DNA of 64,000 bases from the NCBI RefSeq assembly GCF_009914755.1, contig NC_060929.1; one strand, 5' to 3'. Position 1 is the first letter of the stretch; every line of letters begins with the position of its first letter. Below the pieces are notes generated by a model. It saw only the letters and a program-made list of their open reading frames with translations, was not told the origin of the DNA and made no database searches. The DNA is from the human T2T-CHM13v2.0 reference genome, Homo sapiens. The position numbers were made by a program, and so were the translations under genes. Positions 51,321 to 64,000 of the stretch are shown here, in pieces.

Positions 51321-52925
51321 ACTCACCATACTGTATATGGGGTTTTTAAAATGTTTTTTCTAAACTAGTATGTGAGCTCTGTGGAAAGGGAAACCATGAA
51401 TTTTCTTCTTCAACCCTTTATATCTAATAGTTAGCAAAAGGGTTTGTAATAATTATAAAATAATTGAAAATGATGGACGAGCTGTACATGGCAATAGAGT
51501 TGTATCCAAAAATGTAGTGCAGAGTGTAAGAGGTATGAAAGAAATTAGATATCTAACACAAAAATATCTAACACACAAAATATAATATCTAATACACAAA
51601 ATTTAAAAATACATGCATACAGACAGCAATATACATTTTGCAAAAGCACAAACACAAAGATATACATTACACACATCAGATTGGCTGCTTATAAAAGAAT
51701 GTGGATGGGCTTGGGAAATAAAATAAAATAGAAAAATAACTGAAGTGAGGGAAAATATTTGTTAAATGAATGATGAATGGATTCTGCAGGTGGAATGAAA
51801 CTCCAAGGTGAGTAAGCATGAATCTTTAAGGGACGGCAAAACAGAGAACTGACTTCATTTATAAAAATCCTTTTGTTAGTTGGGGATTTCCTCCGAGGTT
51901 TTGAGAATAAAGATGGAAATGAGGTTGCAATGGCCTGGTCAAGTTGTAATATTCTCAGAAAAGTGATTCCCAGATCTGACGTTGCTGATCTCTAGGAAAG
52001 CTCCAGGCATGCCAACACATTCTTAGAGTTTATTTTTAACTCAATTTAATTAGGACAAGTAAATATATGTCATGTAGCACTCATAAGAGAAAAACGGATT
52101 ATCACATTATATTAATGAGGCTAGGCATTCAAAGTGTGGGACAATTGTCTTACAATCAAAACCTCAGGCTCTGTACTATATAATTTAAGATTTTTCCAAG
52201 GTCATCATATGATATATTTGTGGCTCAGCCTGAGTATACAGTCTGCACTTTTCTGTTTGAGAACCACAGCCTCCGGCACTTAAAGCACCAGAGGAGCCAA
52301 AGCAAAATTTAAAAATCTAAATAGACATTAAAGAACAAAGAAAAAGTAAGAAGGCAAAATTGCAATAAATCTCATTATAAATAAATACTAGTATTTTATC
52401 AAGGAAGGCCAACCTCACTATCACACTATCATGGGCACATACGTGACACACATACACACTCTGTTGTATAGCTTAAATTAGACAAATGTAATTCTGAAAA
52501 CATTGTGCAACTGCAACTTTTCTTATGAGGTTTACTACTTGGTAACTGCAGCTGTGTTGCATAATTGATCATGAAATATTTATAAATTTGGGGGATTTGA
52601 TTTCCAAAACTCATCAATGATTCTCACATATCAATTTAATTGCAATCATAAACTTGACTTCAGCATCTGGATTACCACATCCTATGTTTCTTCATCATCT
52701 TAACCATTCTACTATCTTCATTTCCAAACAGAGAAGGTATTAACTGGGGATCAGACTCCATTTATAAAATATAACCAACACATTCTGTAGTGAGGAATAT
52801 AACCTGGAGTGTTTTTACTTAGTTGCAGTATCGAATTTGTCACAGGTAGTTTATCTAAATAATAATAACTAGCATTTCTTGAACACTATTATGTGCTGGA
52901 TTTGGTTAATCAGAATGGTTGATAC

Positions 52926-53532
52926 AAGTGGTTCTCAAACTTGAGTGTGCCCCAGAATTCTCAGGAGGGCTTTGTTAAAACACAGACTGCAGGTCCCATC
53001 TTCAGACTTTCTGAGTTAGCAGGTGCTATGGTTTGGACATGATTTGTTGGCTCCACAAAGTTTCGTGTTAAAATTTGGTCCCCACTGTTGGAGGTGGGGC
53101 CTGGCGGGGAGGTTTATGGGTCATGGGTGTGAATCCTTTATGAATAGCTTGGTGTCATTCTTGAGGGAGTGAGTTCTCACTCTGTTCCCATGAGAACTGG
53201 TTCTTGTAAAGAGCCTGGCTCCTCCTCCTCTCTCTCTTGATTCCTGCTCTTGCCGTATGGTCAGCTCATCCTGCCTTTCACCATGAGTGGAAGCAGCCTG
53301 AGGCCCTCACCAGAAGCAGATGCTGGTACCATGCTTTTTGTACAGTCTGAAGAACGATGAGCTGAATAAACCTGTTTTCTTTATAAATTACCCAGCCTCA
53401 GGTATTCCTTTATAGCAACACAAATGGACTAAGACAACAGGTCAGGGTTGGAGCTTGAGAATTTACATTTCTAACCAATTCCCAGGTAATGGTGATATTG
53501 CTGACCCAGGGACCACACATTGAGAACCACTG
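52926..53532. mobile_element. MER5A MITE split by an MST LTR
   Basis: TIRs AAGTGGTTCTCAAAC...TTGAGAACCACTG; degenerate 8-bp TSD GTTGATAC/GTTTCTAC. Confidence 0.88.
53024..53436 (+). mobile_element. MaLR solo LTR (MSTB-like)
   Basis: TGCTATGGTTTGGA...AATAAACCTGTTTTCTTTATAAATTACCCAGCCTCAGGTATTCCTTTATAGCAACACAAATGGACTAAGACA. TSD GCAGG/ACAGG. Confidence 0.92.
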
Positions 53533-54127
53533 GTTTCTACTATGCTGCAGTAGGAACTAAGCTCCAAAGTCTCTTGCTTTTGCTAAGTCCTATGTGGGTG
53601 GCAGCCCTCCCTCATCTTATGGCTATGCCATGTGCGTACACAGCTTCCATGGTAGCTGCAACCTAGCAAGAGAGGGATGGAAGAAGCATGGAAACTCCTT
53701 GACCCACCTGGGACGTGGATCCCTTGGCTCCCCATCCATTAACTAAAACTCATCCCAGGGGCTTCTGGAGATCCCACGAATATTCTTTCTGCCACTTGGG
53801 TGCTTTACATTTACAGTCCTTTCTTTTCACCACAAAGCTGAAAGGCAGGTGTGCGTATACTGGATTCAGAGATAGAAAATTTGAGCCTCAGGGTAATTAA
53901 CTACCTTCATAGATCACACAGCTACAAGGGGTGGCGGAACCAGGATTTAAATCCATGGCTGTCTAACCACAGAGATGGTGTGATATCCTCTTCAGACCAC
54001 TACTCCAAACATGCTAAAGTGGCTAATTCAGCTCAAGGTTGGCATGGAGTACACTGCCTAAGAAATGCATCTGACATCAATAGAAAAGATCCGCAGTTGA
54101 GGGCTTGTAGCAGGCTCCTGCCTCAAC

Positions 54128-54488
<361 letters not shown>

Positions 54489-55914
54489 TGATCTGTGTAT
54501 TTTCATAGTGTCTTATACTCATGTGGTGGCTAGATATTTTGAGGAAAGAAATCCTGAAGAGAGACAAAAAAGATATTTAGAGAATAAAACACTAGATGAT
54601 GGCAGAAGAAAGGTCATCACAAGTCATTATAGATGGAGTTCTTATTTGGAAACATTGAGGAGAAGTTGAGAATGCCCAGCTCTTAGTCTAATTGGTGGTT
54701 TTGAGAAGCTTCCAGCCATGCACCTCTTTTCCCTCTTCCTCTGTCTACAGCTTGATCTCATCACAAATAATATCTATTTTGAGTTTTAAATACAAATTTT
54801 AATTGAGTGACTTGGAACACAGTGATACCTACATAACATGTGTGGAAGAGTTTGAACACAATGTTGATGTTGTGTTGAGAAAAAAAAAATCAAAAAAGTA
54901 AGTTGAAGGGTGCTGTTGGGTGTCTCCCACAATGCTAGGGTTTCCCATGCTTCCCAGCCTTTCCTGAATATATACCCACCGCAGCCCCCCATCCCCTCAC
55001 CCCTACCCATCTTGCTTGGATAGCTCCTACTTCCTGCTTCCTCCAAAACAAACTAGATCATTCACTGTGCTTCCCACCACTCCTAAGCCAGGCACACTGT
55101 CCAGTTGATCTGTATCACATCATATTACTATAGTGGCTGTTTCATTTGTGAGATTCTTAAAAGCAAGGCCTGTACCTTTTACTCGGGAATCCTTATTTCT
55201 AAGCATATTGCCTACAGCATGGAATAATGAGTGAATGAAGCAGATTGTTTAATTAGATTCACTAGGATTCATGTGAGGTGGCCAGACAGTCACATGGTTC
55301 ACAGCTGAAGAAAGTTACAGACAGTTCATCTTTTTATTCTTTGAAGGTCATTAATGGTTTAAAGAAAATGATGATTTTCCAAGTGCACAGAACCTCTGAA
55401 TGTAGTTAAATAAACATACTGTTACACTGGAAACAGAAATGTCAACTCAGATCCACTTTACTAATTGGGCCTATAACTCATTTAAGGTCGATTTCTGGTA
55501 CCAATTAAAATCAATTTTAAAATTTCCTTTTCTCTATTCCTTTTTCATATGGCAACCACCTTTTGGTTTACATATCAAGAGTTTAAATATTGACCTTAAT
55601 TTTTCTGAGAGTTGATTTTTTTTTTACAGCTTTGATCACAACTAGATTGACTTCTTCAGTCACATAATTTGGGGAGATTTGTCAAGGTATGCAATCCATG
55701 TATGGACACTGAACTACTGGTAATTACCCTATGGGTAGGACCTTTCACTTGAGGATGTTGTCTGAACAGTAACATTGCTCAGAACAATTCTGAACTTATA
55801 TACAGAGGACATTTTCATATGGATCTAATAAAAAGCCTTCTTGAAATATTGTATTTTCATTATTATCAACCTAGACCATTGCTTCGTCACAGAAATAGGT
55901 CAAATTCCACAATC

Positions 55915-56020
55915 CCACCACTGCTGCTACTGCTACTACTACTATTGCTACCACCACTATGATTACCCACTACCTCTCTTACTCCACGATGACTACTATA
56001 CCTATACACACACTCACACA
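55915..56020 (+). repeat. Low-complexity (CTA/CTG/CCA)n trinucleotide and CA-rich tract
   Basis: CCACCACTGCTGCTACTGCTACTACTACTATTGCTACCACCACTAT... followed by ACACACAC. Confidence 0.7.
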
Positions 56021-56104
56021 TACGTGAACACACTCAATTCCACAAGCACCCAAATTATCTTGCAGTGGGGTCTGGTTTTAATAAGTATTAATTTATGTAT
56101 GTTT

Positions 56105-57150
56105 TCAGTCATTCATTCAACAACGATCCACTGAGTGTCTACTCTCTCCGGGTAACTTTTACCTATGAGAGATGAACGAAGCAGAGTCTCCATCCTCATG
56201 AAGTGTAAATCCTGTTGCAAACAATAGACAAGCAGACAAACAGATGAGAAAGCAATGCAATTTCCAGTAGTGGGAAATGCTATGAAGACAAATAAAGCAG
56301 AGTGCTGGAGTCAGAAGTAGCCTGGTGGAGACTGGGGAAGGCAGGTTATTTTTAAGTTTCCTATTGCTGCCATAAGAAATTACCATATACTTGATGGCTT
56401 AAAATAATGCAAATTTATTATCCTACTGTTCTGGAAGTCAAAAGTTCAAAATGGGTCTCACTGGGCTAAAATAAAAATGTCAGCAAGACTACATTCTTTC
56501 TGGGGGCTCTAGGGGAAAAACTGTTTCCCCGCTTTTTTCAGCTTCTAGAAGTCACCTGTATTCTTTGGCTCAGTGCCCTTTCTCTGTCTTCAGAGTCAGC
56601 AGCCTAGCATCTTCAAATCTCTCACTTACTCTCACCCTCTCATGAGGACCCTTATGATTATGTTAGGCCCATCCCAATTATACAGGACAATCTTCCCATC
56701 TCAATATTCTTAATCATACCTGCAAGGCCTCTTTTGCCATGTAAGGTAACATATTCACAAGTTTCGGGGATTAGGATGTGGACATCTATCAGGGCTGCTA
56801 GTCTCCTTCCTATGGGGTGATCAGGGAAGGTCTCTTTGAGGGTTTCACCTTACAGCAGAGACCTACATGACCTGAGTGAGCCACTGGAGGACCTGGTGGG
56901 AGGCTCTTCCAGGAAAGAGCAAGTGTAGAAGTCCTTTGGCACATATGAAGTGCCAAGCAGAGAAAAGGCCCATGTGGCTGGTACAGAGTGGGGAATGGGG
57001 ATGGGAAAGGGGAGGGTCTGGGGTCCCAGAGGAAAGCTGGGGCTGCAGATGTGGGCTTTGCAGGTCCTCCTAAAATGCAATTGGGGATTTCATTCTGAGT
57101 GGAATAGGAAGCTTACTGGAAGATTCTTAGAGCGGACAGGCATGATCTCA
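56105..57150 (-). mobile_element. L2 3' fragment split by an MLT1 LTR
   Basis: TCATTCATTCAACAA...CACTGAGTGTCTAC (L2 tail), resuming after 56815 with GATCAGGGAAGGTCTCTTTGAG...AGCAGAGACCT. Confidence 0.8.
56349..56813 (-). mobile_element. MaLR solo LTR (MLT1C/D-like)
   Basis: AGTTTCCTATTGCTGCCATAAGAAATTACCA...GGCTTAAAATAATGCAAATTTATTATC...CCATGTAAGGTAACATATTCACAAGTTTCGGGGATTAGGATGTGGACATCT. Confidence 0.88.
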
Positions 57151-59482
57151 TATATTTATAGAACTCAATGAACTGGTAGAAATTCCTTTCTTAGCAAAGG
57201 GTTTAGGAGCATATTGAACTGCTTCCCAGGCTCTTTGGTGAGTCACTCAGTGAAGAGGGCGATGTGTCCTAAACCAGAAAGGAAGAGTGAGATGTCATGA
57301 GAGTCCTCTGCCCTCCCTCCTCTCCCTCCTCTGAGGGGCTGAAATCCTGTGTTGACGGGTCTGGCTGGGTGTTAAGAATGTCAGGTGGGAAGTAGAGTGG
57401 AAAGTGATAACTTCTTAATACATACTTTAGTAGAGGAGCTGAGATGATCTTGGCTCTTTTTCTTTATTTTTATTTTTTCCAACATCAGCAAAGAACAAAA
57501 AGATATCTAAATGTTGGGAATATAAGCTTTCTGGCACAGACCTGAGGAAGCATGTAGTCTATAAAATAGCTTCTTATATATAATTAATCTAATTAAAAAT
57601 TACTGTCATCCCTTTCTATCCCCCAAGATATTAAGATAAGTTAGCTATCCAGAAATATCTTTATAATATTTTTGTAATGGCATACTTGGTAATGTAATTT
57701 TACCTGCAAATTAAATTGGTCTGGCATGATTTTCCAGTCATACAACCATACTGGTTGTTATTTTATCATCACTACTTACATTCTTCAAGGATTTTTGTAT
57801 TAAGTATTTCCATGATCTTGGCTGGCACTAAAATTAAACTGATGAATTTAATGTTATAAGCATAACTTTTTTCTCTTTAATTATAAAGGATTTTAGGAAA
57901 ATGGTGTGTTTGTAGTGATCTTTAACTAAATGGGAAACTAAATGTTTGTATGAACATAACATAGCTCCCTACCTCTGGAGATCATACAATAATTGTTTTA
58001 AAATCAAGATACTTTCTATTTTCTTTTTGAAGCTCTTTTTTTTTTTAAGCATGAAGTCAGCAGCTTAGGACCAAAGACAATAAAATTCACAGTTTTGCAG
58101 CTGCTATTCTTGTTTATAGGATCTGGGGCTATAGCTAAACCTACAGTTTTGTTTGGAGAAGAAAGAGCCCTCCCTGGGAATGTGCAAAAGACAACCTGAC
58201 AAGAGCATCACAGATTAAATGCTGTGTTCACAGCAAGACTTCATAAAGGCAGAGCATCCATCAAGAATTTAGGGGAGCAAGGAGAGATGATTGCATTTAT
58301 CTTGGCAAGGTCCATGTTATTACAGCACAAGACTGTAGCCCAGTGTGGACCATAACCATGCCTCCTGAAATAGCCCAAGTCAAGGAAAAGCATAACTGCC
58401 ATAACTGTAAATAAGTGGTCCAGAGAAGTCTGCATTATATCACAGGGTTTTTACATACAATTGTAACATCAAACAGATTGTTAAAAATCAATTGAAATTA
58501 ATAAAAAAATGACTAGATAAATAAAGCTGTCTCTCTGTGACCTTTCCCTTGAATTCTGCCATGGACGTGGTGTGGTAAATTGTACACAAAGCAGGCTCCC
58601 AGCAATTAAGAAGCCATTTATGCCTTATAAAGCCTTGAACATTGGGTTTTAATTAAGAATTTCAATTATTGTAAAGCAAATCATTTTTCTTCCTTGGATA
58701 AAAGGGATTGAAAAGAAGACACTCTTAAGAAGTTTTGACAGTTAAGATTGTGCTAGAGGAACTAGAGAAAGTTAAGAAGAAAAACATAGGAAAGAAAAGA
58801 GGTGAGAAATAGAGGATAAAATAGAAGAAAACCGTCAATGTACTGAATAGGAAGAAACAGAAGCAGCAAGTTTATCTTAGAAAGGTGAAAGGGAGAGTGT
58901 TTTCTCACATGTTAATATTTAGAACATGGCTAATGTTTGCCTGTTCTTATTAGCTGAAATAAGCTGAATGCCAAATCTAGATGAAAAGTGAAAAATGTAA
59001 TCCGTTATCCAGATGTTTCCAAATATCTGGATTTTTGGCATCAAATAGTTAAAACATCTCAATGATCAACTGAACTTGTTGTTTTGTGTTTATACATGTT
59101 GACATTATTAGAAAGCCAAACTTTGCCTGGTGGCTGTCCACACAAAATAGGAGTCCAACTCTGAACCTGTTTAACGTATAGTTACACTTTACGGCAGATT
59201 CTTCAAGCATGCTTTTGCTTGGGCTCTGGTGCAGTGCTATGCCACCACTATCTCTGTATATTAGAAGGAGACTTAATGTTAGGCACATTGTCATCACCCT
59301 GAAAAGAGGTGACAGTGTTTTGAAAGATATTGCAAAATACTTGGAAAGGATAAGAATGCTTGTCTTTCAACAGCTTGATCTTCACTAGTGTTCAAGTATT
59401 TTAAAAATCATTTTAATTTGGAAAAGATTGAAGAACATACTCTGAAACTAGTGAGAAAACAAAACAAAAAAACACACTAAAA

Positions 59483-59818
59483 CAGGGGTCTTCAAGTGCT
59501 TTCCATAAAAAGCCAAATAGAAAATGTTTTGGGCTTTATGGGCCATCTCATCTCTGACACTACCTCTCAACTCTGCCACTATCCCATGAAAGCAGCCCCA
59601 GACAATACATACATGAATGAGCATAGCTGTGTGCCAATAAAACTTTACTTATGGACAATAACATTTGCATTTCATAGAACTTTCATGCATCACAAGATAG
59701 CCTTCTTTAGATTTTTGTCCAACCATTTAAAATATAAAAATGACTCTTAGCTCTTGCACTATGCAAAAACAGGCAGTAGGCAGCATTTGGCATGTGAGTC
59801 ACACTTTGCCAACCTCTA
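59483..59818 (+). mobile_element. MER58B-like hAT-Charlie MITE
   Basis: CAGGGGTC...GCTGTGTGCCAATAAAACTTTACTTATGGAC...TTTGCCAACCTCTA; ~336 bp; 8-bp TSD CACTAAAA/CCCTAAAA. Confidence 0.88.
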
Positions 59819-59854
59819 CCCTAAAACATGAGAGATTTAGATAAATAATAATAA

Positions 59855-60265
59855 TGCAATAATAATAGTAAACATTTGTAACATGTTTAAAATGTGCCAG
59901 GACTATACTAAACACTCTACATGTTCTATAGCAATTATGTCCTCAAAATAGCCCCGTCAGACAGATACTGTTATTTTCTTCAATATACAAAGAAGAAATG
60001 AAAATGCAGATTTCAAGTAACAGAGCCACTGTATCCAGTTATGTGGATTGCATACTGTGCATGGGTGCCCATTCAAGGGATTGAGTCAAAAATGATCCCT
60101 CCAGTCTCCTTGGACTTCATCTGCACAAAGGGGTACCTGTCTCTAATTTGCACCAAGGTCCTAGGGCTAGTCTTTTAAGTAACTTGTCCAAGGCCACATT
60201 TATCAAGTGTCAGGGTTGGGATTTGAAGCGAGGACTTTCAATCCAAAGACTCTGCTAAGCTGCTG
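59855..60265 (-). mobile_element. MIR split by a MER91-like MITE
   Basis: MIR halves join across AAGTAA|CTTGTCCAAGGCCACA...GGGATTTGAA. Confidence 0.75.
60021..60174 (+). mobile_element. MER91-like hAT-Tip100 MITE
   Basis: CAGAGCCACTGTATCCAGTTATGTGGATTGCATACTGTGC...CTAATTTGCACCAAGG...GGGCTAG. 8-bp TSD TCAAGTAA (60013-60020) / TTAAGTAA (60175-60182). Confidence 0.7.
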
Positions 60266-62859
60266 AGGCAATTTCCTGCCTACGTTTTGAATGTATTTTA
60301 TGTTCTAGAGGTAGTTTTTGCACAAATCTTGTTTGTTTCTTCATAAGTTCTCTCTTAGTTACCTAGGGCTAATAGATTCAGTCACTCTAAGGTGACTTTG
60401 TTCCTGAAATTAGACATGTTTGTCCTCATAGTTGCTTCATGCAACAATGTGTCAAAGTATCAGAAGACATAAACAGCACTAGCACCAAACATTATAAAAA
60501 TGAAAATATTGTGACATTGCAAACACTTGTTTCCTCTTTACTTCTGTAATTCTTTCTCAACCTAGTCAAGACAACGTATTTTCAAAGGGGCTAAGGTGAA
60601 CAGCAGCTTAAAATAGCAAACTGAAATATATTGTACATTTTTGCCTGTAATATTACTTAAATAAACTGTCATCCCCAGTGTGATCAGCTGATTGTGAGCT
60701 CAGCTAAACAGCATGCTAAAGTCATAATTCCAACTTGCCAAAGTGAATTCCATTCTTCAAAACATTTTCTTCCACTATTTCCTGTACACATTTCCTTCTC
60801 CATCTATCCCTAATGCAGGCCTTCACCTCCCTTTTTTCCTAGATACTAAAATGGCCTCCCCTATACTAAGCTTAGTTCGAATTTCACAAGCTATCAATAA
60901 TCTATCATAGTGACTTTATGTTAACCTTAGAATGCTGTTTTAAAAATCATTTCACAGTCCAGTTTGAGGCTCTCCACTGGGGTCCTGTTTATGGTGTCCA
61001 TATAAATGTCTGAGCCAGGCACTCAAGACCCTCTAAGGGTGGTCCAGCTTTATTTATCTAGTTGTTTACTATTCCCTCAGTTCAGTCCATCGAATGCATT
61101 TCCTTCTTATCCTCACTCTTGAATACATATGCACACGCCCATCTCTGAGTCCTTGCTCACGCTGTCCATGTTTGGAGAGCCCTGCTTCTTCCCCTGTGCA
61201 TCTGTACTTTCACACCCTCTGCCGAGGTGCCATGCCACATTCTACCTTCTCCAGAGAGTTTCACTGGGTTCCCAGCTCAGGATCTTATCTCTTTCTACCA
61301 CAGGTTCTATTATTCAGCTACTTTCTGTTTGGGATGTTCTCAGATTTGCTTTCCCTCTGTATTCTGTAGGCCAGAAGATTCTAAACTCTTACGGCAGGAT
61401 TGCTGCATTCTCCTGCAGCAGCCATGAGATCCACATGCCAAACTCTGATCTGCAAACAATGCTTCATCTTTTGCTTTTTGTATCTCAACCTAAGATCTGA
61501 TTATGATTTTCCCATTCTGTGGGGCCTGTGAAAAAACAAGCCAACAAGCAAAACACCACTAAATTTTAGCTTGTCTTGGGATAATCTAACCTCTCCCCTG
61601 GGGCTGTTCTGGCATCTTCCACAGAGCCAAGTGGTGAGGAGGTTGGAGACACTGGGTCCTCTGTTACGGCACACAGGGTAGGCCTGAGAGCTTGTCATCT
61701 CTGTCCTCAGTTTTAATGATCTTCTGCTGTTCCCATGTCATGCTGTGAGCCCAGGAATCTTTGTGAAGGCTGCTTATATTTCTGTCAATGTGCACAATGT
61801 AGCCATCCCTCTCCAGGCTGGCAGGCTTCCTAGTGGGCTGCTTAATGCGGGACACAATTCCTCTCTGCTCTTGAAACTGGTCCCAGACCTCCGCCTCTTC
61901 CACCCTTCCCCAAGCCCAGGGAACTGGAGTTTGGAGGAACTTCTCCATTCCTGTTTCTTTAGAATGTGAATAGAGAATCTCTTTCCCCAAGGGTTTAGGC
62001 TTTTATAAAACAAAGACACAAAAGCTTGTGGTTTGCCCTGTTTCCCACTCTTTCCTGTGTCTCTTCCAATTGAGTAGGGATCTGATCTTGTGCTAGAATG
62101 GGGGTGAGGTGGGAGAGATTTACTGGAAAGGGAAGAAAAGATGAGATACAGAGAAGAAGTAAAATAAATGAGTATTTAAAAATAGTAACCATCTGTATGC
62201 GTTTTTTTTATTTCCTACTTTATCTTATACACAACATTGTTGGCAATGCAGAAGGAGCTTAATAAAGACTTTCTCCATTAACTCGTAGAGCTCAGTCTTT
62301 GCATTTTCAATGAAAATGATGAGAACTTCCATTTCTGCCACCAGAATTTTTAAGGCATTCTTTTATGTTTTGTTTTCTTTAATTTTACAGCTGCATTAGG
62401 TTTAACCAACATTGTTACAATTTTAGCAAAAAGGCATCCTTTTTTTTAAATAGATGCTTTTTTCATCCTAATATAACATCCTTTTCTGTAGAAAGGCATG
62501 AGGAAGAAATGTAGAATCTGTTTACAAAAGGGAACTTTGGCTCTCAATGAAATCACCAGGTAAGTAGGTGGAGGTGAAGTCTGAGCAAGCAACTGGCAGA
62601 AGAACCCCCTCTGCTTACCTAATTCCTTGGCATAATTAATTCATTCACAAACAATGCCTATGTGGGTTCTGTCAGGTACATCCCTGTCTGAACACCTTGT
62701 TTCATCCAGATGAATCCTGGGTATTTCTGGTGGATTTTAAAGGATGCTACAAACAAAGCATACTCAGGGAACATTCAGTATCAGTAGATGGATACTTCTA
62801 CATCAGCCTTAAAGGACCCAAATGGCAAAAGCAGCAGAGGGTAGTGGTGCCAGCACTGT

Positions 62860-63077
62860 AGCCAGACCTTGTGGCTTGAATTGCAGGTCTTATTAGCTGT
62901 GGGTCCTATGGCATGGGCACCTCTGGTCCCTCTGTTTTCTTCTTTGTAAACAAGTGGGGATAAATATACTCGTATTGCAAGACTATTAGGAAGAGCAAAT
63001 GAGAAAATACGTCCTCTGCCTTGAACACTGCTGGACACATGGCAAATGTAATGTAGCATTAGCTATTATTATCATCA
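62860..63077 (+). mobile_element. MIR SINE
   Basis: TTATTAGCTGTGGG...CTCTGTTTTCTTCTTTGTAAA...GGGGATAA...CTGGACACATGG...TAGCTATTATTATCATCA. Confidence 0.7.
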
Positions 63078-63329
63078 AATCTTTGTTCTCTCCTTTTTGT
63101 CTGCCATTCCCTTCCTGATTACACCTCTTTACCCAACAAAACCTCTGAAAAAAACACATCTAAAATTTTACCATTTACCATTCTGTTCAACATAATTGGA
63201 ACTGCAAATGACTTCATATAACCTGTCATTTTAGGACACTTGGAATCATGTCCTGCTTAAAGCCATTGCTTTGAAATGGGCAACTGCATTCTGATTTTTG
63301 CATTCCATCCAGGTCTTTATGCAACTGTA

Positions 63330-63950
63330 TTTCCAGTCAGTCTTTAGTTATGTTAGTTTAAGCATGTTAGATATAAGGAATCAGAAGCCCAACAAAAAGT
63401 AGCTTCAATATAAAATAAAAGCACATATAGTGGTCTATATATCTAGAAGTCTACAAGTAAGAAAAAACTCTGGATTGTAAAATTCAGTGACTCAACAATG
63501 TCATTGAGGTTTCTTTCCATTTTTCCTCTGCCTACCACAATGGCAGATTGCCTCTGAGGCTAGCCTTACCTAGGTGGTAATATGACTTAGCCTTACCTCA
63601 CAGTGGTAATTTGACTGCTGACATTTTCTCAAGATACTTGCTCTTACATATGTCCTTGGAGAGAACCAGAGAGATGCCCATTTCCAGAAGCTTTCAGAAA
63701 AGAGAAAGGATACTTCTCAGAGGTTACAGAAAATTTCTTCTCCAGTCTTATTGGCCCACATATTGTGTCATCCACGCTTGAAGCAATCACTGTAGCCAGG
63801 GGAGGGGAGCACACTGAGTAGGTTATGCCTGAACTACATACCCCACCCTCAGTGGGAACAGGGGACAATCAGTCTCCTTCAATGGGCAAGGACTCATGGG
63901 AGGTGTGGCTACCCAAAAAAAAAACCAGGACAAGTATCCAAAGAAGGGGG
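63330..63950 (-). mobile_element. Old MLT1-type LTR remnant (MLT1J/K/L-like)
   Basis: CAGTGACTCAACAATGTCATTGAG...TCTTATTGGCCCACATATTGTGTCATCCACGCTTGAAGCAATCACTGTAGCCAGGGG. Confidence 0.6.
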
Positions 63951-63967
63951 AGTGGACCCTATGGTGG

Positions 63968-64000
63968 TGTATTAGTTCATTCTTGCATTACTATAAAAAA
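63968..64000 (-). mobile_element. Terminus of an MST/THE1-type LTR (cut by the window edge)
   Basis: TGTATTAGTTCATTCTTGCATTACTATAAA is the reverse 3' end typical of MSTA-type LTRs. Confidence 0.6.

Larger units (their letters stand above)
52860..54000 (-). mobile_element. MIR split by an MLT1-type LTR (about 52901-53795)
   Basis: MIR halves at 52860-52900 (AATAATAACTAGCATTTCTTGAACACTATTATGTGCTGG) and 53797-54000 (AGATCACACAGCTACAAGGGGTGGCGGAACCAGGATTT). The MLT1J/L-like reverse sequence (...CTATGCTGCAGTA...) lies between them. Confidence 0.6.

Overview
Human-like (primate) genomic DNA with no intact protein-coding exon. The centre is a large CpG island (~28300-32850) holding the promoter and non-coding first exon of a minus-strand gene (exon ~30965-30323, donor AAG|GTACGC). 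I recognise it from memory as SEMA6A, based on the 5'UTR sequence and a processed RPS14 pseudogene about 12 kb into intron 1. This is recall, not a database search. Bases 1-30322 would be intron 1: relatively transposon-poor, with two solo ERV LTRs (LTR10-like and LTR3-like), the RPS14 pseudogene, a few Alu/MIR/L2/L1 pieces and several enhancer-like unique stretches. Bases ~33500-64000 are repeat-dense, with nested Alu, L1, L2, MaLR and hAT MITE insertions. They also contain plus-strand splice signals consistent with a spliced antisense/divergent lncRNA (SEMA6A-AS2-like). The most notable observation is a chained set of uORFs in exon 1: eight upstream ATGs, an ATG-TAG element, a TAATG overlap and a TAA-ATG abutment, next to a hairpin and a G4/i-motif tract. 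I found no convincing evidence of a wholly new biological system; the findings are regulatory and transposon-history hypotheses. Repeat subfamily calls are by-eye recognition, and boundaries without a TSD are approximate.
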